From: Planctomycetota bacterium
GTDB lineage: Bacteria > Planctomycetota > UBA11346
DNA length: 64,000 nt
Reading direction: 5' to 3'
Assembly: GCA_038231435.1 (NCBI GenBank)
Contig: JBBRLJ010000020.1
Coordinates: forward strand, 33,819-97,818
Each line of letters opens with the position of its first letter. Position 1 is the first letter of the stretch. The position numbers were made by a program, and so were the translations under genes. Positions 30,673 to 40,495 of this stretch are shown piece by piece. The notes beneath the pieces are model-generated. The model ran no database searches. It saw only the letters and a program-made list of their open reading frames with translations, and was not told the origin of the DNA.

Positions 30673-33606
30673 ATGCCCGACATCGACTTGCGTGAACGAT
30701 TCCCCGACATGACACCGCTCAAGGGCAGTCCGACGCTGTTCCGCGTCAACGGCTGCGGCATCGGCCTCTACGGCTCGCGCGATCGCGACGCCGAGACCGG
30801 CACCTACGTGAAGACGCGATGCCTGTGCGCGGTCTTCGTCCCGCTGTTGGCTATCGATTCCTTCCGCGTCGCCGATGCCCGCGGCGGGTGGCAGGTGCTG
30901 GGCAAGCAGCCGCTCTCGGCGTTCGCCAAGGGCTGGAACCTGCTGCTGGTGATCGCGATCGCCTCGCTCGTCGGGGTTTTCCAATTCCAGGCTTGGCTGG
31001 AATCGCCCGAGCATCAGGCCTCGATCGCGATGGCCAAGGCGACGCGCGCCGAAGCCGGTGGAGACCTCGGCGCCGCCATCGCCGACTATCACCGCGTCGC
31101 CACCGGCACCACCTCGCGCTCGGTCGATGCGAAGCACGCGCTCGCCTCGCTGGTGTCAGGCGGCCTGGCGAAGGCGCCCTTCGCGATCGCCGCCAAGGCG
31201 GTGCACCAGCTGGCCGGGATCTCGGACGTCGCGCGAGAGCCATCGTTCACCTTCCCGAAACTGGCTGAGCAGGCCATGATCCTGATCGGGGCGCATGCGG
31301 GAGACGATCCCGCCGATGCCCTGGCGATGCTCGAAGACGTCGCGCGCATTGATCCCAAGCGCGACCTCGGCGCGCAGCGCGAGCACCTGCTCGAGGCGCT
31401 GGTCACCAAATATCCGGACGACCCCGAGTGGGCCTCGCGGCTCGCACAGGTGTCAGAGGCGCGAGGCGACGTCGCCCGCTGCGAGCAGCTGCTCGCGCCC
31501 CATGCCACGCGTCTGGGCGCGCTCGAGGGTGCGCGCATCCTCGGCAGGATCTATGCGGGCCAGGGCCGCTTCACCGAATCGTTCCCGCTGCTCTCCGAGT
31601 ATTGCGCGAAACGCCTGAACGGCCTGAAGGCCGCGGAGGCGGCGTACCACACCGCCTTCGAGACCGCCGCCAAGGCCGCGAACGCCGCGTTGAACGACGG
31701 GCAGGCGGGCGAGGCCTGGTACAGCGCCTACAAGAGCAAGTCGAAGGACGAGCAGGGGCGCTCCGTCGACGAGTGGGAGATGGCGTACATCAAGCGCGAC
31801 CCGGCTCTCGCGGCCGCGCAAGCCGCGCTGGCGAAAGCCGCCGAGATCGTGCCCGTCGCGCTCGACCTGGGCATCGTCACGCTCCAGCGCGCGCAAACGA
31901 TGACGGATCCCGGCAAGCGCCACGATGAGCTGCAGGCCGCCGAGAAGACCTTCCTGGCCATCCGCGGAGTCGCCGGAGACAGCGACGAATACCGCCAGTA
32001 CTACGGCCAGGTCCTGTACTGGCTCGGCAAGCCCGCCGACGGACGCAAGGAGTTCGACGATCTCCTCACAGCCCGCAAACGCGCTCCGGAAGCGCTGCTG
32101 GGAGTGGCGGCGGCGTTGCGCCAGGTAGGATCCGACGACGAGGCCAGGCCGCTCGCCGAGGAGGCGTACGGAGCGGCCTCTGAGGAGAAGCTGAAGCACG
32201 CTGCCGCGCGCATGCGCTCGCTGCTCTCGAGCGACGTCGAAGGCCGGGCGCAGTGGCTGGAGCGGTGCGACGTGGGCGATCCGATGGTGGCGGCGCCGCT
32301 CGACTACGCGAAGGGGATGATCGCGGTGGAGTCGGGGCGCGAGGGCGACGCGAGGCAGATGCTCCAGCGCGCGCTCGACACCTACACCTCGTTCCCGAAG
32401 TCGGCGTTCTCTCTCAACGATGGCGCGCTGGCGGCTCTCGGCCTCTTCGAGATCGATTCCGACCGCGCCATGCTCGCGCGCGGCAACGCCATGATGGAGG
32501 AGGCGCTCGCGCTGCTCCCCGCGGACACCATCCTGCAGCAGAATCTCGCCTACAACCTCATCCAGGCCGGCGCCATCGACGCCATCGGCACGGCGATCGA
32601 CCAGCGCGCGTTGCATCTCGATGGCGACCTGTCGCTGCTCGAGCTGCTCTATCACGACGAGGCTGGGCGGATCGCCGTCGACAAGACGTTCACCGAGAAC
32701 CCCGACACCCTGCGCGCCATGACCTACTGCGATCGCCTGGCGGTGCTGGCGCCGCGTGGTTCGATGTCGTACTCGTTGCGCCTGGGCGTGCTCGCCAGGA
32801 CCCGCGACCTCGTCGCGCTGACCGCCATGAAGGCGAAGCTGGCCGAGGCCAAGGTCGATCTCGCCGCCGGCGCGCACTCCCTCGCCGAGGCGATCGCCGG
32901 CCGCGACCGCGACAAGCGCCTGGCCGCGGCGCAGGCCAAGGCCAAGCGCTTCGAGGCCATCCTCGGTCAGCCGGGATTCTCCGACCGCGGCCCCACCTTC
33001 GCGGCCGCGGCGATCGAACTGATCGAGGCGCGGCTCGCTGGCTGGCACCTGGGCCAGGCGGTCGACGCCGACGCCTGCGTGCGGCTCGCCGAGCAGGCGC
33101 ATGCCGCGGCTGAGTCGGCCGCGACCTGGCGAGCGCTGATCAAGTGCCTGGTCTTCCGTGCCGGAGAGCGTCTCGCAGCCTCCGACGGCGAATACGCCAC
33201 GCTGGTGAAGACACATCGCACGTTCCTCTCGCACCGGCATCTGCTGCCGGTGGCGATGGCCCGCTCGACCGCCGCGCGCGGCGCCATGGCCGCTGATGCC
33301 GACTTCGTCCGCGCCGCGGCGCTGGTGGTGGAGCGCATGCGCGCGCTGCCGAGCGTTGCCCATCCGCTGGACTGGGCCTTGCTCGAGCATGTCGATCCCG
33401 CGGGCGCCGCGGAATGCACGCGCGCGCAGACCGCCGACCACGTCTGCGGACTGCTGATGGATCTCGAGTTCGCTCTCGCCCCCTCGAGTCCCAGCAACGT
33501 GCTCGAGGCCTATTGGCGCTGCCGCGAGGAAGGCGATGCCGATGGCGGCCGTACGGTGATCGCGCACGCCCGCGAGCAGGCGATCCCGGTGCCAGACATG
33601 GAGTAG
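30673..33606 (+). CDS. large TPR/alpha-helical-repeat hypothetical protein
   Basis: 977 aa with repetitive A/L/E/R-rich helical hairpins. AGGAGAAG RBS before the ATG at 30673. The 1001-aa opposite-strand ORF is Arg-rich junk and overlaps dedA. Confidence 0.6.
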   Translation: MPDIDLRERFPDMTPLKGSPTLFRVNGCGIGLYGSRDRDAETGTYVKTRCLCAVFVPLLAIDSFRVADARGGWQVLGKQPLSAFAKGWNLLLVIAIASLVGVFQFQAWLESPEHQASIAMAKATRAEAGGDLGAAIADYHRVATGTTSRSVDAKHALASLVSGGLAKAPFAIAAKAVHQLAGISDVAREPSFTFPKLAEQAMILIGAHAGDDPADALAMLEDVARIDPKRDLGAQREHLLEALVTKYPDDPEWASRLAQVSEARGDVARCEQLLAPHATRLGALEGARILGRIYAGQGRFTESFPLLSEYCAKRLNGLKAAEAAYHTAFETAAKAANAALNDGQAGEAWYSAYKSKSKDEQGRSVDEWEMAYIKRDPALAAAQAALAKAAEIVPVALDLGIVTLQRAQTMTDPGKRHDELQAAEKTFLAIRGVAGDSDEYRQYYGQVLYWLGKPADGRKEFDDLLTARKRAPEALLGVAAALRQVGSDDEARPLAEEAYGAASEEKLKHAAARMRSLLSSDVEGRAQWLERCDVGDPMVAAPLDYAKGMIAVESGREGDARQMLQRALDTYTSFPKSAFSLNDGALAALGLFEIDSDRAMLARGNAMMEEALALLPADTILQQNLAYNLIQAGAIDAIGTAIDQRALHLDGDLSLLELLYHDEAGRIAVDKTFTENPDTLRAMTYCDRLAVLAPRGSMSYSLRLGVLARTRDLVALTAMKAKLAEAKVDLAAGAHSLAEAIAGRDRDKRLAAAQAKAKRFEAILGQPGFSDRGPTFAAAAIELIEARLAGWHLGQAVDADACVRLAEQAHAAAESAATWRALIKCLVFRAGERLAASDGEYATLVKTHRTFLSHRHLLPVAMARSTAARGAMAADADFVRAAALVVERMRALPSVAHPLDWALLEHVDPAGAAECTRAQTADHVCGLLMDLEFALAPSSPSNVLEAYWRCREEGDADGGRTVIAHAREQAIPVPDME

Positions 33607-33659
33607 CGGCGGCGAACGCCGAGGGTCGTCCGCTCGTGGAGATGCGCTCGGCGCGTCGT

Positions 33660-34283
33660 TCAGTGCGGCGACGACGCGGCGGCATCGGCATGGCGGCGTG
33701 ACCGGCGATGCCAGATCACGGCGCCTACCACGACTACCACGACCAGCGCGAGCACGATCCATCCGGCCTCGCCCGCGTATGCCAGCACGGCGTGGTAGCT
33801 CTCGCCTCCGGCGTAACCGAGCAGGGTGAACCCGGTCCCCCACACCACCCCGCCGATGACGTTCCAGAGCAGGAACTTGCGGTACGGTATGCCCGCGGCG
33901 CCTGCGGCCGACGGTATCGCTGCGCGCAGGAAGGCCGAGAAGCGGCCGAAGAACACTGCCGCGGCTCCGTGGCGCTGGAGGGCTTGCTGGACCGCGAGCC
34001 AGCGCTTGCCCATCTTGCGCTCGAGGAACGGGCCGCCGAAGCGCATGCCCAGCGCGTAGCCGAGACTGTCGCCGATGATCGCGCCAAGCACCGCTGCCGG
34101 GATCGCCTGCCACAGCTCGACATGGCCGCGCGAGCACAGCACGCCGCCGAGGATCACCGCGATCTCGGCAGGAAAGAGGAAGCCGAAGAACAGCCCGCAT
34201 TCGACCAGCGCGAGCCCGAACACCGCGCCCGCGACCCACCACCCCGAGAGAGCCATGAAGAAACCGATGAACGACTCGACCAT
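33660..34283 (-). CDS. DedA/SNARE-associated family membrane protein
   Basis: 'FLFPAEIAVILGGVL...GRFSAFLRAAIPSAAG' resembles the DedA core. Polytopic membrane protein. Confidence 0.8.
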   Translation of the reverse strand: MVESFIGFFMALSGWWVAGAVFGLALVECGLFFGFLFPAEIAVILGGVLCSRGHVELWQAIPAAVLGAIIGDSLGYALGMRFGGPFLERKMGKRWLAVQQALQRHGAAAVFFGRFSAFLRAAIPSAAGAAGIPYRKFLLWNVIGGVVWGTGFTLLGYAGGESYHAVLAYAGEAGWIVLALVVVVVVGAVIWHRRSRRHADAAASSPH

Positions 34284-34369
34284 GCGCGATGATGGCCGGA
34301 AGCCGCGGAAAACCCAGCGCGGTACAGCGGATGCTCGACAAGGGGTGGGACCAGGGGCGGCCAGCCCTG

Positions 34370-36610
34370 TCAGCCCTTGGACAACTTCCCGGCGGTGAAG
34401 GACATCTGCAGTTCCTTGGTGCCGTGGTCGGCGAAGGCGATGCGGATGGTGCGGCCATCGCGCGGCCCCTGCATGGCGATCACCTCGCCGCGGCCGAAGA
34501 TGCTGTGCACCACGCGGTCGCCAGGACGGTACGGATCGTCGGGCAGCACGTGGGCCTCGCCGGCGGGCGCGGGAGCGCGCCTGAGATCCGAGCCCTTCAC
34601 CAGCACGCCCGCGCGCATCGCCTGCGACATCGAGCTGTAGCCCCCCGACATCGACCGTGGCGTGGCCTCGGGAACCGGGTGACGACCGGTCGCGTCCTTG
34701 GCATTGAAGCAGTCGGCCGGGATCTCCTCGAGGAACTGGCTTGGCGGATTGCGGAAGGTCTGGCCGTACTGCATGCGACAGCGCGCACGGCTGACGTAGA
34801 GGTGCTTCATCGCGCGGGTGATGCCCACGTACATCAGGCGCCGCTCCTCCTCGAGGTCGGCGGTCTCGCCCATGCGCTTGAGCGGCAGCACCCCGTCCTC
34901 GCAGCCGGCGATGAACACCACCGGGAACTCGAGCCCCTTCGCCGCATGCAGGGTCATCAGCGTGACCTGGTCGGCGCGGTTGCGCTCCTGGTAGGCGTCG
35001 GGCTCGGCGACCAGGGAGATCAGCTCGAGGAAGCCGCTCAGCCCCCCTTCGGGCGCGGCTTCGTGGAACTGCTCGGCGGCGGTGATGACCTCGCGCACGT
35101 TGGCGATGCGCTCCTGGGCCTCGGCCGCGTCCTCGGTCGAACGATAATGCTCCTCGAGGCTGGTCAGCTCGATCACGCCACGCACGCAGGCGGTGGGGTT
35201 CGCAAGGGGCAGCGCCTTGATCATCCGCCAGGCGCGCGACAGCTCGCGCATCGGGGTGGTGTTGCGGCCGACGGCGACGCGTTCGAGCAAGTCCTCGCGC
35301 TCGAGCACCTCGAGCACGCCGACGGTCTCATCCTCGGCGAGCAGGTTCAGCGATTCGAGCGCCTTCTCGCCGATCCCACGGCGCGGGATGTTGGCGATGC
35401 GCTCGAAGCTGTCGCGGTCGCGGGGATTGATCATCAGCTTGAGGTACGAGAGCAGATCCTTGACCTCGCGACGATCATAGAAGCGCGTGCCGCCGACGAT
35501 GCGGTACGGCAGCCCGCGGCGGCGCATGCCGTCCTCGAGCACGCGCGACTGGGCGTTGGTGCGGTAGAAGACCGCGATATCCGCCAGCTTTCGCCCGTCC
35601 TTGTGCATGCGCTCGACCGCCGCGGCGACGGCGAAGCTCTCGTCCATCTCGTCGTCCACCGCGAGGATCTGCAGCGGCGCGCCTTCCTCGTTGGCGGTAC
35701 GGATGGTCTTGTTCTTGCGCTTCTCGTTGTGCGAGACCACGCCCTGGGCGGCGCGCAGGATGACCTTGGTCGAGCGGTAGTTCTCCTCGAGCAGCACCAC
35801 CTTGCAGCCCGGGAAGTCCTTCTCGTAGTTGAGGATGTTGTCGAGGTCAGCACCGCGCCAGCCGTAGATCGCCTGGTCCGGATCGCCGGTGGCGCAGATG
35901 TTGCGGTGGGCGCCGAGCAATTGGATGAGGCGGTACTGCACCTTGTTGGTGTCCTGGTACTCGTCGACCAGGATGTAAGGGAAACGATCGACGTACTTGC
36001 GGCGCAGGTCGTCGTCCTGCTCCAGCATGCGCACCGGCATCACCAGCAGATCGTCGAAGTCGACGACGCACTCCTCCTTGCAGACCTCGACGTAGCGCGC
36101 GTGGCATTTCTTCGCCCATTCGTCGCTATCGTCGGCGGGGACCACCTGGTCGATCTTGGTGAGGTTGTTCTTCCAATGGCTGATGCGCCACTGGATCTTG
36201 CGCGGATCGATCAGCTTGGGATCGATCTTCAGGTCCTTGAAGATGCGTTTGTACTTCTTCTTCTGCTCGTCCTCGTCCATCACCGTGAACGGATGCGCGA
36301 AGCCGAGCCGCGCGCTCTCGATCTTGAGCATGCGCAGCCCGGCGCTGTGGAAGGTGGTGATCCACGGCGTCTTCAAGCCGAGCAGGCGGTGCACCCGGTC
36401 CTGCATCTCGCCGGCGGCCTTGTTGGTGAAGGTGATGGCCAGGATACGATCGGCGCGCGCCTTCTGCGACTGGATCAGATTGGCGATGCGATGGGTGATG
36501 ACGCGGGTCTTGCCCGAACCGGCTCCGGCGACCACCAGCAGCGGCCCATCGATGTGCGCGATCGCTTCGCGCTGGGCGTCGTTCATGCCTTTGAAGACGT
36601 CGATGCTCAT
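34370..36610 (-). CDS. uvrD: ATP-dependent DNA helicase UvrD/PcrA
   Basis: 'LLVVAGAGSGKTRVITHRIA' (Walker A). The UvrD motif set is present. C-terminal Tudor-like 'GDRVVHSIFGRGEVI'. Confidence 0.9.
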   Translation of the reverse strand: MSIDVFKGMNDAQREAIAHIDGPLLVVAGAGSGKTRVITHRIANLIQSQKARADRILAITFTNKAAGEMQDRVHRLLGLKTPWITTFHSAGLRMLKIESARLGFAHPFTVMDEDEQKKKYKRIFKDLKIDPKLIDPRKIQWRISHWKNNLTKIDQVVPADDSDEWAKKCHARYVEVCKEECVVDFDDLLVMPVRMLEQDDDLRRKYVDRFPYILVDEYQDTNKVQYRLIQLLGAHRNICATGDPDQAIYGWRGADLDNILNYEKDFPGCKVVLLEENYRSTKVILRAAQGVVSHNEKRKNKTIRTANEEGAPLQILAVDDEMDESFAVAAAVERMHKDGRKLADIAVFYRTNAQSRVLEDGMRRRGLPYRIVGGTRFYDRREVKDLLSYLKLMINPRDRDSFERIANIPRRGIGEKALESLNLLAEDETVGVLEVLEREDLLERVAVGRNTTPMRELSRAWRMIKALPLANPTACVRGVIELTSLEEHYRSTEDAAEAQERIANVREVITAAEQFHEAAPEGGLSGFLELISLVAEPDAYQERNRADQVTLMTLHAAKGLEFPVVFIAGCEDGVLPLKRMGETADLEEERRLMYVGITRAMKHLYVSRARCRMQYGQTFRNPPSQFLEEIPADCFNAKDATGRHPVPEATPRSMSGGYSSMSQAMRAGVLVKGSDLRRAPAPAGEAHVLPDDPYRPGDRVVHSIFGRGEVIAMQGPRDGRTIRIAFADHGTKELQMSFTAGKLSKG

Positions 36611-36650
36611 GGGAACGTCTGGCGTCCGACGGACGGACCGCTGCCACCGC

Positions 36651-37526
36651 TCATTCGGCCACTTTCACTGGAATCGGCTTTCCCCCGAGATGCACGTGAT
36701 CGATGAGCCGCACCCCATCGATGAACGCGGCCGCGGCGAGCACGCAGGCGTCGTCGGCGGTCTCGACCTCGACGAAGCCCGAGAGCTTGATGACGTGGGC
36801 GTAGTCGACCTCGACCCCGGGGTGGACCAGGAGCTCGTTGTAGACCAGTTCGGTGAGCTTGAGGCTGCTGGTCTCGCCCTGCTTGTAGGCGCGGTTGGCC
36901 AGCTCGAGGCCGCGCGGCAGGTCGAGGGCCTTCTCGCGCATCTCGCCGACGAGCCGCTTGTTGCGGCTGGACATGGCGAGTCCGTCGGGATCGCGCACGG
37001 TCGCGCCGACGACGATCTCGATCGGCATGTTCAGGTCGGACGCCATGCGGCTGACGATCATCACCTGCTGCAGGTCCTTCTGGCCGAACACCGCGACATC
37101 CGGCTCGACGACGTGGAAGAGCTTGGTGACCACCGTGGAGACGCCGCGGAAGTGGCCCGGGCGGGCGACCGCGCAGAGGGTGTCGGCCAGGGGCCCGACC
37201 ACATCGACGAACGTGCAGTAGCCATTTGGGTACATCTCGGCGGTATCGGCCAGGAACACCGCATCCACGCCCTCGCCCACCAGCATCGCCAGATCCTGCT
37301 CGAGGGTGATCGGGTACTTGGCCAGATCGTCGGGATTGTCGAACTGGGTCGGGTTGACGTAGATCGACACCACCACGGTCTTGCAGCGCGCCTTGGCCTG
37401 CCGAACCAGGCTGAGATGCCCCTCGTGGAGCGCCCCCATGGTGGGGACGAAGCCGATGGTCGCGCCCTCGCGCCTGCGCGCGCGGCTCCATTCGCGTTGG
37501 GCCTGGATGGTCGTAAACTTTTCCAC
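36651..37526 (-). CDS. panC: pantoate--beta-alanine ligase
   Basis: 'GFVPTMGALHEGHLSLV' HIGH-type motif, and 'GQKDLQQ'. GTG start at 37526 with GGAG 5 nt upstream. The upstream 138 codons of the tool ORF are Ala/Asp-rich filler. Confidence 0.75.
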   Translation of the reverse strand: MEKFTTIQAQREWSRARRREGATIGFVPTMGALHEGHLSLVRQAKARCKTVVVSIYVNPTQFDNPDDLAKYPITLEQDLAMLVGEGVDAVFLADTAEMYPNGYCTFVDVVGPLADTLCAVARPGHFRGVSTVVTKLFHVVEPDVAVFGQKDLQQVMIVSRMASDLNMPIEIVVGATVRDPDGLAMSSRNKRLVGEMREKALDLPRGLELANRAYKQGETSSLKLTELVYNELLVHPGVEVDYAHVIKLSGFVEVETADDACVLAAAAFIDGVRLIDHVHLGGKPIPVKVAE

Positions 37527-37631
37527 TCGAGCTCCGTATGACCTGCACGGTCGCCGGTCGGCGAGCGTGGTGACGGCGGACAAGAAGGCTGGCCTTGACG
37601 GGGGTCGGTCGTAGTTTACCGAGGAGAACCC

Positions 37632-38165
37632 ATGGCTTTTCTCACTGTCCGCATCAAAGGAACCGAAGGCTACACGCGCACCGCACTGGGCAAGGAGCGC
37701 ATGGTGCTCGGGCGCGCGTCGGCTGCCGACATCCCGATCAAGCACACCAGCATCTCTCGCGAGCACTGCGCCTTCGTCCGCGAGATGGTCAAGGTCGACG
37801 GCAAGGATGCCGAACGCTGGTCCGTCGAGGATCTGGGCAGTTCCAACGGCACCTGGATCGGAAAGATCAAGGTCTCGGGCAAGGGTGCGCTGACCGAGAA
37901 GGACGTGGTCAAGGTCGGCCATGCTCGCCTCACCTTCCACGGCGGCGACCTCAGCGAGCCCGAAGCCGCGGTCGAGGTCTCGACCGGCGCCGAGGACGGC
38001 GACCCTCCAGCCGGTGAGGAGCGCAAGCGCGGCCCCAACGATCCACCAGAGGCGATCGCCTGCTCAGGATGCGGTGCCTGGTTCTCAATCGCCCATCGCC
38101 TGTCCGGCGAATCGATGTCCTGCCCGCGTTGCGGACAGAACGCCAAGATCCCCGTCTTGATATGA
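37632..38165 (+). CDS. FHA-domain protein with C-terminal zinc ribbon
   Basis: 'RMVLGRASAADIPIKHTSISREHCAF...GSSNGTWI' is the FHA core. 'CSGCG...CPRCG' is a C4 ribbon. Confidence 0.75.
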   Translation: MAFLTVRIKGTEGYTRTALGKERMVLGRASAADIPIKHTSISREHCAFVREMVKVDGKDAERWSVEDLGSSNGTWIGKIKVSGKGALTEKDVVKVGHARLTFHGGDLSEPEAAVEVSTGAEDGDPPAGEERKRGPNDPPEAIACSGCGAWFSIAHRLSGESMSCPRCGQNAKIPVLI

Positions 38166-38192
38166 TTCTTGTTATGATGTTGAGATGAGCAC

Positions 38193-39614
38193 ATGAGCGA
38201 TCCCGCGACGCCGTCAGTCCCCCCCACCCCACCCGTCGACGCCGCCACGGCACCGGCTGCTGCCATGTCCGAGCCGCCGAAGAAGCGCCCTGGCCTGATC
38301 CGCTGGAAGCTGCTGATCGTGCTGGTGGTGCTGGTCGCCGCGATCGTCCTGGTCGTGCCGCTGGCGCTCGATCCCTACATCGCCGGCAAACTCGCTGGAG
38401 CGCTGAAGGACCGCGGACTGGCTCTCGCTCCGGGAGCCACGCTCCACGTCAGCCTGCTCGGCGGACGCATCCACGGCGAGAACCTCAAACTGTTCGCGAT
38501 GGATGGCGACAAGGTCACCACCCAGGAAGCGGCGGCGGCCACGCGACTCGACGGTGACATCGCGTTGATGGACAGCTGGCGCGAATGGGACGTGATCCTC
38601 GACGAAGTCGTGATCGAGGGCATGTCCGGCAGCCTGCGCCGCCGTGCCGACGGCACCCCGCCGATCGGCGCACCCGACGACAAGAGCGGCACCGACTGGT
38701 CGAAGGTCGACTGGGCCAAGTGGTACCAGAAGGCGATGGACCAGTACAAGCAGTACGCCGATAAGAAGAAGCAGGAGCAGGAGGAGCAAAAGAAGAAGCG
38801 CGAGGAAGAAGAGAAGAAGCCGCCAGACCAGCGCCAGAAGGTCCCCGATCATCCCTACGAGGCCGATCCCGACTGGCCCAAGGCCACCAAGTACAAGCCG
38901 CTGCGCCGCGACGGACGCACCAGCTCGCGCGTGCTCATCCGCCACCTCTCGATCTCAGGCGGCAACGTCGGCCTGCCCGACGAATCGCCGTTCGATATCA
39001 CCTCATTCTCGCTCGAGGGCCACGACGTTGCGCTCGACCAGGACCTGGGCGAGAAGATGACGCTCGCTGGCAAGATCGAGACCAAGGGCGCCGGCCCGGT
39101 GACGCTCGATCTGGACCGCACCCAGGATAACGGCGGGCTGGGCTCGTTCGCGTTGTCGGCCGCCAAGGTGCCGCTCGCAGCGCTGAACGATCCGCGCATC
39201 GCAGGCCCGGAATACGCGCAATACGGCGCCACCGGCGACGCCTCGGTGAGCCTGAAGAACGCCTGGACCGGCTGGGACCTCAGCGGCGGACTCGACAGCG
39301 TGATCACCGGCCTGAACCTGAAACCTACCGCCGAGGCCGGCGCGCAGGCGCAGCAGGTCGCTACCTACGTCAACCAGCTCAAGGGCCAGCCCATCGCGTG
39401 GCCGGTGAAGCTCGGCGGCACCCTGTACTCGCCAACCATCACCGACAGCGGCGTCAAGCAGGTGCTCTCGGGCAGCGCGCTCGACGCCGCCAAGAACCTC
39501 GTCGGAGACAAGGCGCAGCAGGAGGCCACCAAGGTCATCGACCAGCAGGGCGCGAAGAATCCCGAGGTGAAGAGCGCCGTCGACAAGGCGAAGAGCCTTT
39601 TCCCCAAGAAATAG
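38193..39614 (+). CDS. N-terminally anchored hypothetical membrane protein (AsmA-like / possibly TIGR03545-type) with K/E-rich segment
   Basis: Pro-rich N-terminus, TM 'LLIVLVVLVAAIVLVVPLAL', and a 'KKKQEQEEQKKKREEEEKK' low-complexity run. Confidence 0.5.
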   Translation: MSDPATPSVPPTPPVDAATAPAAAMSEPPKKRPGLIRWKLLIVLVVLVAAIVLVVPLALDPYIAGKLAGALKDRGLALAPGATLHVSLLGGRIHGENLKLFAMDGDKVTTQEAAAATRLDGDIALMDSWREWDVILDEVVIEGMSGSLRRRADGTPPIGAPDDKSGTDWSKVDWAKWYQKAMDQYKQYADKKKQEQEEQKKKREEEEKKPPDQRQKVPDHPYEADPDWPKATKYKPLRRDGRTSSRVLIRHLSISGGNVGLPDESPFDITSFSLEGHDVALDQDLGEKMTLAGKIETKGAGPVTLDLDRTQDNGGLGSFALSAAKVPLAALNDPRIAGPEYAQYGATGDASVSLKNAWTGWDLSGGLDSVITGLNLKPTAEAGAQAQQVATYVNQLKGQPIAWPVKLGGTLYSPTITDSGVKQVLSGSALDAAKNLVGDKAQQEATKVIDQQGAKNPEVKSAVDKAKSLFPKK

Positions 39615-39625
39615 CCCAGCACGAC

Positions 39626-40156
39626 ATGTACACGCTCTATCGCTTCTTCCGCAATCTCATCCGTTCGATCGCCTCGCAGGCCGAGCCATGGCAGGTCGGC
39701 ATCGGCACCTTCCTCGGCACGTTGCTCGGCTTCATGCCCATCTGGCCGCTCAGCCATGGCCCGTGCCCGCTCGGTCTGTGCGTGCTGTTCGTGGCGCTGA
39801 TCGTCAATTGCCATCTCGGCTCGGTGCTGCTGTTCATGGCGCTATGCAAGGGCCTCGCGCTCACCCTCACCGGGCCCGAGCTGATGATCGGTGAGCGCTT
39901 CACATCGCTCGCACAGCGCTCCGCGGACGTGCCATTCCTGTACCTGAGCCTGTGGTCGCACACCGGCTATCTCGGGAAGACCCTGCTCGGCTTCGCCTGC
40001 GCGCCGCTGTTCGCGATCCTCATGCACGTGGCGACGGTGCAGTTCCGCACCAGGCTGATGGCCAAGCTGCTCGAGCGTCGCCGCCTGATGAGCGCGGGCA
40101 AGGTCGCGAACAAGGCGTGGATGGTGCGCATCGCGTGCTGGTTCTTCGGCCTCTAG
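39626..40156 (+). CDS. small polytopic membrane protein (possibly TIGR03546-type partner of the upstream gene)
   Basis: ATG 12 nt after the upstream stop. Four hydrophobic segments. Confidence 0.5.
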   Translation: MYTLYRFFRNLIRSIASQAEPWQVGIGTFLGTLLGFMPIWPLSHGPCPLGLCVLFVALIVNCHLGSVLLFMALCKGLALTLTGPELMIGERFTSLAQRSADVPFLYLSLWSHTGYLGKTLLGFACAPLFAILMHVATVQFRTRLMAKLLERRRLMSAGKVANKAWMVRIACWFFGL

Positions 40157-40450
40157 GCCGTTCGCGCCGCTCTGCGGCGCGCGCGCCTGGCGGCGCTAGA
40201 TCGCCTGCGGCGATCCCAACGGCTTGAAACCCGGGGCTCTCGCCCCCGACGCCACCTCGGGGCCCCCTACGTGCTCACGCCCCGATGCTGAATCCCATTC
40301 TTCGCGGCGCGTGACCGGTCGCCGACGCCGCCTTGGGGTCCCGGTTTGCGCCCGGATGATTCATCCGAGGCTGCGCGTAGTTCTCCCTCGATCCCCCCTT
40401 CGACGACTGCCCGAAAGCGATTCATATCGAGCGGTGCGGGAATTCCACGT

Positions 40451-40478
40451 ACCTGAAGTACTCTGAAGTACTGCAGGT
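40451..40478. promoter_or_regulatory. near-perfect palindrome ACCTGAAGTACT-CTGAAGTACTGCAGGT containing a duplicated GAAGTACT; candidate operator upstream of the 40496 gene
   Basis: Read directly from the sequence. It sits in a locally AT-richer 120-bp stretch at the end of a 340-bp intergenic gap. Confidence 0.4.
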
Positions 40479-40495
40479 GCGGAGGCGATGGGGAT

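Noticed and set aside
31453-34458. 1001-aa minus-strand ORF antisense to the TPR gene and overlapping dedA
   Set aside because: Translation is Arg/Gly/Pro-rich with no motifs. It is typical high-GC shadow-frame junk. It overlaps the well-supported dedA in another frame.
34289-36706. 805-aa plus-strand ORF antisense to uvrD
   Set aside because: Shadow ORF with no motifs and Gly/Ala/Arg-rich. uvrD on the minus strand is unambiguous.
36651-37940. panC as a 429-aa protein including the upstream 138 codons
   Set aside because: The upstream segment is Asp/Ala/Leu-rich with no PanC similarity. A GTG with a GGAG RBS precedes the conserved PanC N-terminus.
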